64,000 bases of DNA from a virus. The translations under genes and the position numbers were made by a program. The notes below the pieces were generated by a model. It had not been told where the DNA came from and made no database searches. It saw only the letters and a program-made list of their open reading frames with translations. Shown piece by piece: positions 47,608 to 56,655 of the stretch. The stretch spans positions 1 to 64,000 of IMG/VR virus record IMGVR_UViG_3300011980_000002, one strand, 5' to 3'. The stretch's first letter is position 1. Every line of letters begins with the position of its first letter.

Positions 47608-48891
47608 GGAGATCTTGATACTAAACCCGGTGTTGCAGCACAATCAATTCTCGATAAAACTGTAAGATGGCATGACTCATTTTATGATAAAACATATACA
47701 GAAATTAAAGAATTATTAGATGCAAACAGGTCTAATGGTATTCTTTATATAGAGTATCATTATAATCAAATTGGATTAACGAACGAATGGTTAAAGAATA
47801 TATCTGATAAAATTGGTAATATGCTTACTGTAAGAAGAGAGATTCTCTTACAGAGAATGCATGGTTCAGATTTATCACCATATTCAAGAGAGTCTATAGA
47901 ATTCATTATGAGTTCTAAATGTGAACCTGTCGACCAGTTATTTATTAATGAGTATTTCATGTTTGATATTTATGAGCCATTAAAAAGGACTATTCCTTAT
48001 ATAGTAGGTATCGACTGCTCTACTGGTACAAGTTCGGATAATAATGCAATTACAATATTAAACCCTTATACAGTAAGACCTGTGGCAGAGTTTAAATCTC
48101 CATATATCGGAGAAACGGATTATGAAAACCTAATAGAAACATTGGTGTTAGAATATATTCCAAGAGCTATAGTATGTGTAGAGAGAAACCATGTTGGGGA
48201 TAGTATAATTGACCACTTATTAAATAAGTCAAGGATTGCTAATAACTTATATTTTGATAAGGATAGAGATTTAGTAGAAGCTAAGATGAGAGAAGCAGAA
48301 ACTGTAGAGTCAATGCTTAAAGCTAAGTCTAAAATAAAAACTACATATGGTGTATATACAACCGGTAAGTCAAGAGAAACGATGTTTGCAATACTATCAA
48401 GAAGAATTGAAGAGAATAATGAAGATTTCGTTACTGCTCATATTATTGATGATATTGCTGGTTTAATAAGAACTCCATCTGGTAAAATAGAAGCAAGACC
48501 TGGTGGACATGATGATAATATTATGTCTTACTTAATTGCGATGTATATTTATACTCATGGAAATAACTTAGCATACTTTGGTTTTTATAAGACAGATTTA
48601 TATGAAGATGTAGAAGAGAATCAAGGTATTATTACTTCTGATAGAGCTAGGGGTGTTCTTCCTAATGAAGTCGTATCGTCTATAGAAATTGAAGAAGAAA
48701 AAGATAGGATTCTTAATTATGAAGATATATTAAGAACTGCTATAAGTAATTCTCAACAAGGTTCTATGAGATTACATAGAAGTAGTGTTGGTAGTGATAA
48801 TCATTTTGATAATACACCAAATGGAATTGTTGAAGAAGAGTACTTTGAAGAATTGAATATGGATATATTTGATACACTTAATGGATTCTAA
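47608..48891 (+). CDS. terL: Large terminase, exon 2 (end of ATPase domain plus RNase-H-like nuclease domain)
   Basis: The acidic nuclease-type motifs IVGIDCSTGTSSDNNAITI and GGHDDNIMSYLIA are present. There is no independent SD or ATG; the track start at 47605 is a TTG inside the intron end. Confidence 0.75.
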   Translation, partial: GDLDTKPGVAAQSILDKTVRWHDSFYDKTYTEIKELLDANRSNGILYIEYHYNQIGLTNEWLKNISDKIGNMLTVRREILLQRMHGSDLSPYSRESIEFIMSSKCEPVDQLFINEYFMFDIYEPLKRTIPYIVGIDCSTGTSSDNNAITILNPYTVRPVAEFKSPYIGETDYENLIETLVLEYIPRAIVCVERNHVGDSIIDHLLNKSRIANNLYFDKDRDLVEAKMREAETVESMLKAKSKIKTTYGVYTTGKSRETMFAILSRRIEENNEDFVTAHIIDDIAGLIRTPSGKIEARPGGHDDNIMSYLIAMYIYTHGNNLAYFGFYKTDLYEDVEENQGIITSDRARGVLPNEVVSSIEIEEEKDRILNYEDILRTAISNSQQGSMRLHRSSVGSDNHFDNTPNGIVEEEYFEELNMDIFDTLNGF

Positions 48892-48906
48892 ATAATACGA
48901 TAATTA

Positions 48907-48950
48907 ATTAGAGAATAGATATTTATCTTAAATAATATCTATTCTCTAAT
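48907..48950. terminator. Bidirectional hairpin between convergent genes
   Basis: attagagaatagatatt / aatatctattctctaat. Confidence 0.6.
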
Positions 48951-48959
48951 TTATCTTTG

Positions 48960-49589
48960 TTAAGTATCATTATTATCTTCATCAAGACTTTTAACAACAT
49001 CAAGCTTTCTAAGGTTGGACATCATCAATTGAACAAATGAATCACCACCTTCTTGAAGATATATATCATAGACCTTTTCTAAAGTTTCTAATGTATACAT
49101 ATCAATCTTCTTATACCTATAAAAGTATTTATTATAGTTATCTGTTATATAAGCCTTTTTATCTTCCATATCAGATTTTAATAAAAACTCTATTTTTTCT
49201 GAGAAGTTACCTAATTGTAAGTTAACCGTTTGACTAACACTCCCTATATCTGTTTCTATTTTACTAATAGAACTATTTATATTAGACTGGGTATGTCTTA
49301 TATTCTCTAACTCTTTGGTTAAATCATCCATTAATTTTCTTATATCATTAACTTCAGTAGAACCATGCTCTGTGTTTTTATCAGTATTATCATTTTGTGG
49401 AGAAATGTTATTTGAGTTTGTATCAGTTTCGTTATCTTTTTCCAAAGTCTCACCTTTATAATATCTCCTAAGAAAAGTTCCTATCTGCTCTCTATTCTTA
49501 TATATAAATTGATATAATATAAATAATACAAATAAGATATTCAAAGGATGAATATTTTTAATGTCAAGAAAGTCTTTAGCTTCTGGCAT
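48960..49589 (-). CDS. Hypothetical membrane-anchored protein (start moved to ATG 49589)
   Basis: TAAGGAAAAA lies upstream of ATG 49589 on the minus strand. There is an N-terminal hydrophobic stretch LNILFVLFILYQFIY and a coiled-coil-like remainder. Confidence 0.55.
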   Translation of the reverse strand: MPEAKDFLDIKNIHPLNILFVLFILYQFIYKNREQIGTFLRRYYKGETLEKDNETDTNSNNISPQNDNTDKNTEHGSTEVNDIRKLMDDLTKELENIRHTQSNINSSISKIETDIGSVSQTVNLQLGNFSEKIEFLLKSDMEDKKAYITDNYNKYFYRYKKIDMYTLETLEKVYDIYLQEGGDSFVQLMMSNLRKLDVVKSLDEDNNDT

Positions 49590-50115
49590 CTGATTTTTCC
49601 TTATCGTTATTATCCACTTCATGATATGGATTTGTTATAGAAAGTTTAATAGCATTAGTCCTACTATCTAAATCTTTTTTGTATAAATCCTTCATTCTTT
49701 TATTATAAATATCCATATACTTAAAACAACCATTATCTTCAGATGTTAAGTCTTCTTTTGTAAAATCATAAAGATTATCATCTTCTATATTATTGTCTTT
49801 AGTAGTTTTATCACATTTAGATTTCATAATATCATTAATCATGTCAGCAGACTTTTTAATTTCTTTCTCTTCACAGAATGGATAAATTGATTCATATTTT
49901 GTGGATAATCTTTTGTTATAATAATCAAGTTCATTTTTAACAGATTCTTCGGTTATTAATTCCATATCAGCTATAACACTAATAACTTCATCATCATTAT
50001 CTGAATATAAACTTTCAATATTATCTTCCGGATTATCATCAGTACGAGATATATCATTAATATCATCAATATCATCTTTTATAGATATTGAATCTAATTC
50101 GTTATCAAATGACAC
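49576..50115 (-). CDS. Acidic hypothetical protein
   Basis: 179 aa, D/E/N-rich. Its end overlaps the next gene's start by 14 nt. Confidence 0.55.
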   Translation of the reverse strand: MSFDNELDSISIKDDIDDINDISRTDDNPEDNIESLYSDNDDEVISVIADMELITEESVKNELDYYNKRLSTKYESIYPFCEEKEIKKSADMINDIMKSKCDKTTKDNNIEDDNLYDFTKEDLTSEDNGCFKYMDIYNKRMKDLYKKDLDSRTNAIKLSITNPYHEVDNNDKEKSDARS

Positions 50116-50257
50116 TTTATTTATCCTCGCTTTCTTCAGATTTATTATTCTTAGTAAACTGTTAAATCATGGGTTTTACAAGGTGTTAATTAAAATTTAT
50201 ATAATATTTATCTATATACATAAATTAAATTAATGGAAAGGATAAAGAAATAAATAT

Positions 50258-50824
50258 ATGAAAATGTGGAAATTTTACTATCATCCTCACTTAAATGAGA
50301 GGAGTACAAATCATGACCATAACTTCTATGGATTTACCAATGATGAAAAAATTGCTAAGAGATTTATTAAAGAAAGAGACCCTGATTATTTCACTTATGT
50401 TGTAACAGATGTTGATAAATCTCGTTATAATGAATTTAAAGAAAAAATGAGATATAGTGAACTTAAGTATCATGAATTAAAAACACGAAACCCATATGAA
50501 GAAACTTCATTAATAGATATTAGAATAGTAGACATAGATTTCAGTATGATACGAATGGTATTATACGGGATATATAAAAATACCCTAGGAAATGAAGAGT
50601 TTCATGAAATAGATGTATATACTCTATTATTAGATAGAATACAGAGATTACATACCCATCTATTCAAAGAAGAGTATAGAAATAGTCTATATGATATAAG
50701 ATGTAATAATACAACTAATAGATATTTCAATACTTGTATGGATAGTATGGAATTAGATGAGTTTAATATATATAGAGCTTTTAGAGCTTTAGGATATAAG
50801 AAAGAATATCAATTAGAATATTAA
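50258..50824 (+). CDS. 'LYAxT' paralog family member 5 (dispersed copy)
   Basis: MWKFYYHPHL...HNFYGFTNDEKIAKRFIKERDPDYF aligns with 7167 (HLYAVTTNNKFYKEFIKERNMDIF). Confidence 0.6.
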   Translation: MKMWKFYYHPHLNERSTNHDHNFYGFTNDEKIAKRFIKERDPDYFTYVVTDVDKSRYNEFKEKMRYSELKYHELKTRNPYEETSLIDIRIVDIDFSMIRMVLYGIYKNTLGNEEFHEIDVYTLLLDRIQRLHTHLFKEEYRNSLYDIRCNNTTNRYFNTCMDSMELDEFNIYRAFRALGYKKEYQLEY

Positions 50825-50850
50825 TAATCCGTATTTCCTATATATATAGG

Positions 50851-50876
50851 CATATAATATTTATGTGTAATAAATA
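50851..50876 (+). promoter_or_regulatory. Class-1 promoter-like motif with an upstream ATCCGTAT box
   Basis: atccgtat (50827) is followed by catataatatttatgtgtaataaata and then an (AT)n run. Confidence 0.45.
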
Positions 50877-50911
50877 AAATATATATATATATATATGCTA
50901 CATTATGTAGC

Positions 50912-50944
50912 AGGGTGGAGATAACATCAAGAGCCCAAAAAGGA
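50912..50944 (+). promoter_or_regulatory. GC-rich conserved 5' leader element, copy 1
   Basis: agggtggagataacatcaagagcccaaaaaggag compares with tagggcggagatgatatcaagagccaacaaaggag at 53241..53275. Confidence 0.45.
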
Positions 50945-50950
50945 GTTAAT

Positions 50951-51202
50951 ATGTTAAACTTAATGACAGTTGCTGATGTGAAGGGTACTTTAAATTTCTA
51001 TAGAAGTTTATATGAGTTCTGTAAAGATAATGATGTATATTCAAAATATGCATCATACTATTCTGATTCAATGGAATATCTTGAAGTACTCCTTAACAAT
51101 GGAAAAGTTTCTGATATGACTGACGAAGTCTATCAAGAACTTCTATCTGAGTTGAAAAGAATTCAGCTAGACTTCTTAGATCTTATGATAGTATTTGCAT
51201 AA
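50951..51202 (+). CDS. Small hypothetical protein (start moved from 50915 to ATG 50951)
   Basis: AAAGGAG lies 6 nt before ATG 50951. The track start is a GTG inside the leader element. Confidence 0.5.
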   Translation: MLNLMTVADVKGTLNFYRSLYEFCKDNDVYSKYASYYSDSMEYLEVLLNNGKVSDMTDEVYQELLSELKRIQLDFLDLMIVFA

Positions 51203-51290
51203 GATCTAAGAAAAAAGAATACTTGTATGATACCACTCATTATAAGTATTCTTTTTTTTTTGTAAATTTACTTTAATGATTATATCTTCT

Positions 51291-51320
51291 TATACATATA
51301 ATATTTATTTGTAAAATAAT
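51291..51320 (+). promoter_or_regulatory. Class-1 promoter-like motif
   Basis: tatacatataatatttatttgtaaaataat. Confidence 0.45.
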
Positions 51321-51342
51321 AAGTATTAAAGGAGAAAGAAAT

Positions 51343-51621
51343 ATGAGAAAGTCTGATATTTTAAATTACATGAATACGATAGATGATATGGAATGCTCTT
51401 GTAATCATATCATGAATATGCTTAAAGTTGGTATGTTAAATGAATTCGAAATTAGTTATCTTGAGAGATTTCTAAATAAAGAAGTTGTTGGTTTGAGTTA
51501 TATTGTGAAAGATCTTGGTGTCGAGATATTGGTTAATAAAACTAATGATATTATTACAGGAATGAAGTATATGATAAATATGATACGAAAAATTAAATCT
51601 AAAGAAGAAATAAATCATTAG
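51343..51621 (+). CDS. Small hypothetical protein
   Basis: 92 aa with the consensus leader TTAAAGGAGAAAGAAATATG. Confidence 0.55.
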   Translation: MRKSDILNYMNTIDDMECSCNHIMNMLKVGMLNEFEISYLERFLNKEVVGLSYIVKDLGVEILVNKTNDIITGMKYMINMIRKIKSKEEINH

Positions 51622-51670
51622 ATTATTACAAATTTTTTATGTTTCCATAGAATTCGTAATTTCTCTTAAT

Positions 51671-51700
51671 ATATATATATAATATTTACTTGTAAAATAA
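51671..51700 (+). promoter_or_regulatory. Class-1 promoter-like motif
   Basis: atatatatataatatttacttgtaaaataa. Confidence 0.45.
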
Positions 51701-51728
51701 ATATTATATATAAAAAGGAGAAAGAAAT

Positions 51729-52007
51729 ATGAAAACATTAACAAGATTAGAGGAATTGGAAGTTCTGGAAAAGGTTAGTAACCTCATAAAAGCTGCTGAT
51801 GATATTTATACTGGCAGCTTAAAAGTTAAGCTCTCTGATGAGAGATTAGCAAAGCTTCTCAGATATTCAATAAGAGCTGGTGAAGATATGAAGAGAGTTA
51901 GGCTTCTTGTGAGTGATATGTATATTCAGTCACAAGTTGACAGATGCATCAAGAATATGGGATACTTGGAAAAGCATCTCATAAAGCAAATCGCAGATAA
52001 TCAATAA
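51729..52007 (+). CDS. Small hypothetical protein
   Basis: 92 aa with the leader AAAAGGAGAAAGAAATATG. Confidence 0.55.
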   Translation: MKTLTRLEELEVLEKVSNLIKAADDIYTGSLKVKLSDERLAKLLRYSIRAGEDMKRVRLLVSDMYIQSQVDRCIKNMGYLEKHLIKQIADNQ

Positions 52008-52022
52008 TCAAAGGAGAAAAAT

Positions 52023-52451
52023 ATGAGAAATAATTGGAGAATATATCTAAATGGAAGAGGTCTTGGTGGTTATAGACCTTTCTTAGAATGGGTTAAAAAG
52101 AACGTGAAATTGAGAACTGATAGAAATGGTCATCAGTTCATATTTGTAAACGACCTTTTACCATATAAAGGTAAAATGGTCGGTACTAATATTCATAACA
52201 GTAATTATCTGAATATTAGCACATGGTTCAACTCCAAGTTAATAGCATTCAAAGAGGCTGACAAGTTTGTTGAAATGATATTAATTGGAGAAGAATTGAA
52301 TGATCATCAAAAGAAAGTTGTTTCTAAAAACTATCCAATGTATGATCATATAAATCAACTCTGGCTCTACGATTCCAAAGCTGAGGAAAGGAGAAAGTGG
52401 TTGAGTTCAGTAGGTCTCGAAGACTGGGCTGAGTTCACATACATCGGTTAA
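52023..52451 (+). CDS. Hypothetical protein
   Basis: 142 aa with the leader CAAAGGAGAAAAATATG. Confidence 0.55.
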   Translation: MRNNWRIYLNGRGLGGYRPFLEWVKKNVKLRTDRNGHQFIFVNDLLPYKGKMVGTNIHNSNYLNISTWFNSKLIAFKEADKFVEMILIGEELNDHQKKVVSKNYPMYDHINQLWLYDSKAEERRKWLSSVGLEDWAEFTYIG

Positions 52452-52484
52452 ATAATATAGGGTATTAATTTACCCTATATTATT
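52451..52484. terminator. Bidirectional hairpin between convergent genes
   Basis: aataatatagggta / taccctatattatt, followed by tttttt. Confidence 0.6.
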
Positions 52485-53123
52485 TTTTTCTTGTAATTCG
52501 TATATTTTATTACTTAGTCCTAATATACCATTATCTGTACTATCATAAATTATAGATTTATCTATATATCTATTTAACTTTTCTTTATGATCCTCAGTAA
52601 ATGCTATACCATATTTTTTTATAAATGCGTTTAAATCACCATGAGCTTGTCTGTAATTGATAAATAGATTTCTTGTATGAACTTCTTCATGTACTGTGGT
52701 AGATAGCATTACTACTTGTACATGATTTCTTTGGTGCTCATCTAATACTACATTGGCAATTTTAAATGTGCTTATTTGCCAATTCTTTAATATAAAATAT
52801 TCTAATACTATACTACAATAATCGTATAAATTAAATATTGGACCATGATGCATTTCTATACTAACATCATCATCTGTTAAATTATGTAATACTTGACACT
52901 TATTAAGTTTTACTTGGTTCTTTAAATAGGCAATATACTTATTATATCTATCATCAGTTCTTACTAATTTCTCTATCTCTTTAACATAACTATTATAAAC
53001 CTCTAAATTTGCAAAATATTCTTTAGTCTTATAAAATGGTAATATATAATTAGAAGAATCTGAGTCTATTGCTAAATTATTCCTATCTTTTAAATAAATT
53101 ATATTTGGTAAATCTTTTGCCAT
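52470..53123 (-). CDS. Conserved His-motif protein, paralog of 7803..8465; transcribed divergently from the tubulin gene
   Basis: DRYNKYIAYLKNQVKLNKCQVLHNLTDDDVSIEMHHGP aligns with KEYKDYIRFLKDNLDMDRCAFFNQ..MRVSIEIHHEP. Confidence 0.55.
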   Translation of the reverse strand: MAKDLPNIIYLKDRNNLAIDSDSSNYILPFYKTKEYFANLEVYNSYVKEIEKLVRTDDRYNKYIAYLKNQVKLNKCQVLHNLTDDDVSIEMHHGPIFNLYDYCSIVLEYFILKNWQISTFKIANVVLDEHQRNHVQVVMLSTTVHEEVHTRNLFINYRQAHGDLNAFIKKYGIAFTEDHKEKLNRYIDKSIIYDSTDNGILGLSNKIYELQEKNNIG

Positions 53124-53190
53124 AGTTCTTAAACATTCCTTTACTGTATATTTGAATTAATTTAAATGTCTTATAAAATTACATAATATA

Positions 53191-53214
53191 CATATACTAT
53201 TAATTTGTAAATAA
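53191..53214 (+). promoter_or_regulatory. Class-1 promoter-like motif upstream of the tubulin gene
   Basis: catatactattaatttgtaaataa. Confidence 0.4.
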
Positions 53215-53240
53215 TTTCTATTTACACGACAAAATAATTT

Positions 53241-53275
53241 TAGGGCGGAGATGATATCAAGAGCCAACAAAGGAG
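53241..53275 (+). promoter_or_regulatory. GC-rich conserved 5' leader element, copy 2
   Basis: tagggcggagatgatatcaagagccaacaaaggag lies immediately upstream of ATG 53286. Confidence 0.45.
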
Positions 53276-53285
53276 AAACAGAATT

Positions 53286-54416
53286 ATGTTACAAGCAGGA
53301 GTAATAGGAATAGGAAATGCAGGAAGCCAGGTAGCAGTTTTAGCTGCACAGAATAATATTAAATCTGTAGTTATTAACTCATCTGAGAATGACTTAGCAG
53401 TAATCCCAGAATCTGTTCATAAGTTCCTAGTAGGTGACTCAAGAGGAGCCGGAAAGAACAGAGACGCTGCTAAAGGATTTTTAAAGAGTTCCATAACTTC
53501 TATTCTTAATAAAGAAGATTTCATGGAGTTTATGGATGGAAATGATGTTACTTTTGTAGTATCATCAACAGGTGGTGGAACCGGTTCAGGTATTGCACCA
53601 ATAATGACAGAGATTTTATCTCAAGCATTTCCGGATACATTTGTTATACTTGTGGGTATATTACCTACATTAAATGAGGCATATTCAACACAGGTTAATA
53701 CTGTGGCATTTGTTAAAGAGTTATATGAGAAGATTAATAAACCAACTTATATGCTCTATGATAATGAGAAGATGTCTTCAGAACCATCTCATATCATGAT
53801 GGAATCTATCAATCAGTCTATTATAGAAGATATATTAGTATTGGTTGGTAAGTATAATTATGCTACCAAATATTCTTCTATAGATGAGAAAGATATGTCT
53901 ATGATAATATCTACTCCAGGAAGATTGGTAGTATCAAGACTGGTCAATTTCAAAGAGAAAGATTTAGACCAGTCAGGTATTGATAGTAGAGTTGAAGATA
54001 TTCTCAAGAGTAACACTCATGCAGAACTTCAAAGAGATAAGGTTATTAAGAGAAGTGGAGTTATCGCTAATCTTAATGAGTCTATAGCATCTAAGTTCGA
54101 TGACCATATGACAACCTTGCAGAAGTTCGTTGGTGTTCCGGTAGAAGAATTTACCCATATTTCTATCAATGTGGAGAAAGCATTACCTAATAATGTATTC
54201 TTCATTGGTTCTGGTTTATCTCCAGTATTTGATAGATTAACCAAGATTAATGAAAGAATAGAAGAGATTGATGCTTTACAAAATGATAGTGAGAATATCT
54301 CAGATGCACTATCATCTGTAGATATGGATAAAGCTAATGAAAAGAAAGATTATAGACAGAAGAAAGATAATGATGCACCATTAGCTCTGTCAGATATATT
54401 CAAGAACTTTTCATAA
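53286..54416 (+). CDS. Tubulin/FtsZ-superfamily GTPase (PhuZ/TubZ-like phage cytoskeletal protein)
   Basis: The N-terminal nucleotide loop is GVIGIGNAGSQVA. The tubulin signature is SSTGGGTGSGIAPIM. The T7-like segment is SSIDEKDMSMIISTPG. There is an acidic linker and a hydrophobic C-terminal peptide, LALSDIFKNFS. Confidence 0.8.
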   Translation: MLQAGVIGIGNAGSQVAVLAAQNNIKSVVINSSENDLAVIPESVHKFLVGDSRGAGKNRDAAKGFLKSSITSILNKEDFMEFMDGNDVTFVVSSTGGGTGSGIAPIMTEILSQAFPDTFVILVGILPTLNEAYSTQVNTVAFVKELYEKINKPTYMLYDNEKMSSEPSHIMMESINQSIIEDILVLVGKYNYATKYSSIDEKDMSMIISTPGRLVVSRLVNFKEKDLDQSGIDSRVEDILKSNTHAELQRDKVIKRSGVIANLNESIASKFDDHMTTLQKFVGVPVEEFTHISINVEKALPNNVFFIGSGLSPVFDRLTKINERIEEIDALQNDSENISDALSSVDMDKANEKKDYRQKKDNDAPLALSDIFKNFS

Positions 54417-54462
54417 GCAATAATATCAATTATTATCAATGATATTTAGACACTAAACATAG

Positions 54463-54540
54463 TCTAAGGTAGATGTAATATAAATTAATAACCAATATTA
54501 CAATTTGGTAAATTTTATATTACACTACCTTAGATTTTTT
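54463..54540 (+). terminator. Long imperfect hairpin (about 24-bp stem) plus T6
   Basis: tctaaggtagatgtaatataaatt ... aattttatattacactaccttaga, followed by tttttt. Confidence 0.6.
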
Positions 54541-54583
54541 GTGTATGGATATAAATTTTTGTTTATTAAGGAAAGGAGATACA

Positions 54584-55558
54584 ATGGGAAAGAAGAATAA
54601 AGATATCCGTAATAGTAATACTAATAACGGATTTAAAATCCCAGACAGTGTAGTCAGATTTATTAAAATGGACTACAAGAAATTCAAGAAGAAAAACTCT
54701 GGTCTTTATGACAGTAAGAAAGAGACTAAGAGAGCTTATTATTATGAACTACTGGATTTATTTCCAGAGGTTATACAACTTCTTGTTAGATATGGATATG
54801 TAAAAGAAGTTGTTGAAATCAAGAATTCTCTTTATGAGAAATTAATAGACCCTTCATTTATTAAGGTATTAACACATGCTATTGAGAATGAAGAGGATAT
54901 TGACAATATTAAATTATTCCCTATAGTAATTAGGGATGTTGTAGAATCTGCAAAGATTCAAGAAGCTAAGGATAAAGAAGAAGATCCAAATGCTTCAGAG
55001 TATGATGTATCTGATTTAATTGAACTAGCTCAATTGATACTTAAGAAGAAGCTAAAGAAATTAAAGAAGAAAGAAGTTGACCCAGATGTAGCATTTGATT
55101 GCTTATGTATAATACCAGATGATAAGGTATTAGAAGATAAACAGATCATATTTAAGTTAAGAACCCTGATGGCTGTGTTATATGAACATGCTAAAACTAA
55201 GACTATTAACTTTGATGTGTTGATAAAGTCTATGTTCCCTGGAAAGTATGCTAGTCAGATTATAACTTTCTGTCTATTAGAAAGAAAGGATAAATTTGCT
55301 AACTTCGATGATAAACAAAAAGAATTCTTCATTCAGATTAATGAGTGGATATTCAATATCATGGAAGAAATGGATAAGAGCTCAATAGAGTCTATTCTTA
55401 ATTCTTATATAGAAGCAAGAAAGAGAGATGATGGACAAAATAGGGATACCAACAGAAGATATTTCCTTAAATCTTTACCTGAGTCAGAGTATCCAAGAGT
55501 ATATAAAGTGATTAAGCATTTATTAGAAGTAAATCCGGATGCAGATAAATTCTTCTAA
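54584..55558 (+). CDS. Hypothetical K/E-rich protein downstream of the tubulin gene (start moved to ATG 54584)
   Basis: AAGGAAAGGAG lies 6 nt before ATG 54584. The track start 54539 lies inside the terminator tail. Confidence 0.55.
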   Translation: MGKKNKDIRNSNTNNGFKIPDSVVRFIKMDYKKFKKKNSGLYDSKKETKRAYYYELLDLFPEVIQLLVRYGYVKEVVEIKNSLYEKLIDPSFIKVLTHAIENEEDIDNIKLFPIVIRDVVESAKIQEAKDKEEDPNASEYDVSDLIELAQLILKKKLKKLKKKEVDPDVAFDCLCIIPDDKVLEDKQIIFKLRTLMAVLYEHAKTKTINFDVLIKSMFPGKYASQIITFCLLERKDKFANFDDKQKEFFIQINEWIFNIMEEMDKSSIESILNSYIEARKRDDGQNRDTNRRYFLKSLPESEYPRVYKVIKHLLEVNPDADKFF

Positions 55559-55603
55559 TTAAATAAATTTTATTTACATGAATAATTAACAAAATAATTC
55601 AAA

Positions 55604-55657
55604 TTAGAAGTATTAATAAGTCTATTTGATTATAGATTATTGATACTTCTAATTTTT
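55604..55657 (+). terminator. Hairpin terminator
   Basis: ttagaagtattaata / tattgatacttctaa, followed by ttttt. Confidence 0.55.
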
Positions 55658-55681
55658 CATAATGGAAAGGAAATAAGAATT

Positions 55682-56575
55682 ATGTTTATTTATAATTATG
55701 AATTCGGTACTGAAACTGTTAATTGGGGATTAAAAGAATTTAAATCAATGGATTTCATTGGTACAGATTCTATTAAGTTCTACGGTAATAATAACTTCTT
55801 AAGAGTTAATGATAAGACTAATATAGAAGTTAAACATGGTACCTATTATGACCCAGCTATTATTATACCTAACGCTAAGAGTTTACAGATTAATGCTACC
55901 AATATGCATATATCAACTCTTAATGATGATGGTATTGATGATTTAGCTGCAATAATTACATTAGAAAATAAGAATTATCGTTTGGTAAAATATTCAGTGG
56001 GATTTGAAGCTGATAAAGCAGATTGTCAAATACTTAAGCAAGTAACAACTCCTAATCATAGGGTTTTATTATTACTATTTGATGGTAATAGTGAGTCTGT
56101 ATTCACTCTTATTTTATTTAATAATACTCTTAAGAGATATGAGTACTGGACAATATCTCATAATAAAGATGGTAAGTTGATACTTAAGAATTTAACCGGT
56201 AGTGATAAAGAGATTAATAAAGCCTTAGAAGAGTTTGAAACTTATGATAAGAAGAATAAGTGTAAGAGCTGTAAGATTTCTTTATATTATAATTTCCCTA
56301 TGACTTATTATGTAGTTACTACCAACAGTAATACTACTATAGGAAATCTTATAAATGATAGAAACTATAAGATTATTCGTATAGATGATAAGTATAAAGA
56401 GAATTGTACTACTAAGGAAGTAATTGATGCTGTTAATAAAGTATATCAAATTCCTAAAGGTACTATATGCTTATCATTATATGATATTAAACCAAAGGAT
56501 ATTTACAAATATAAAGATGAAAATATTAAGTATATACTTAGATTATATAATGATGCAACTACAACTGATTTCTAG
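55682..56575 (+). CDS. Hypothetical protein (start moved to ATG 55682)
   Basis: GGAAAGGAAA lies upstream of ATG 55682. The track start 55640 lies inside the preceding hairpin. Confidence 0.55.
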   Translation: MFIYNYEFGTETVNWGLKEFKSMDFIGTDSIKFYGNNNFLRVNDKTNIEVKHGTYYDPAIIIPNAKSLQINATNMHISTLNDDGIDDLAAIITLENKNYRLVKYSVGFEADKADCQILKQVTTPNHRVLLLLFDGNSESVFTLILFNNTLKRYEYWTISHNKDGKLILKNLTGSDKEINKALEEFETYDKKNKCKSCKISLYYNFPMTYYVVTTNSNTTIGNLINDRNYKIIRIDDKYKENCTTKEVIDAVNKVYQIPKGTICLSLYDIKPKDIYKYKDENIKYILRLYNDATTTDF

Positions 56576-56590
56576 TAAATCATAATGTAA

Positions 56591-56617
56591 GTTATATACT
56601 ATTTACATGGTAACAAA
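56591..56617 (+). promoter_or_regulatory. Class-1 promoter-like motif (variant)
   Basis: gttatatactatttacatggtaacaaa. Confidence 0.35.
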
Positions 56618-56655
56618 ATTAATAATATAATTTAAATGGAAAGGAAATAAAGCTA

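Noticed and set aside
53133-53144. cttaaacattcc on the plus strand in the tubulin divergent region, as a class-2 (AACAT) motif.
   Set aside because: It lies about 150 nt from the tubulin start, which already has a class-1 motif and a leader. A single short AACAT match is expected by chance.
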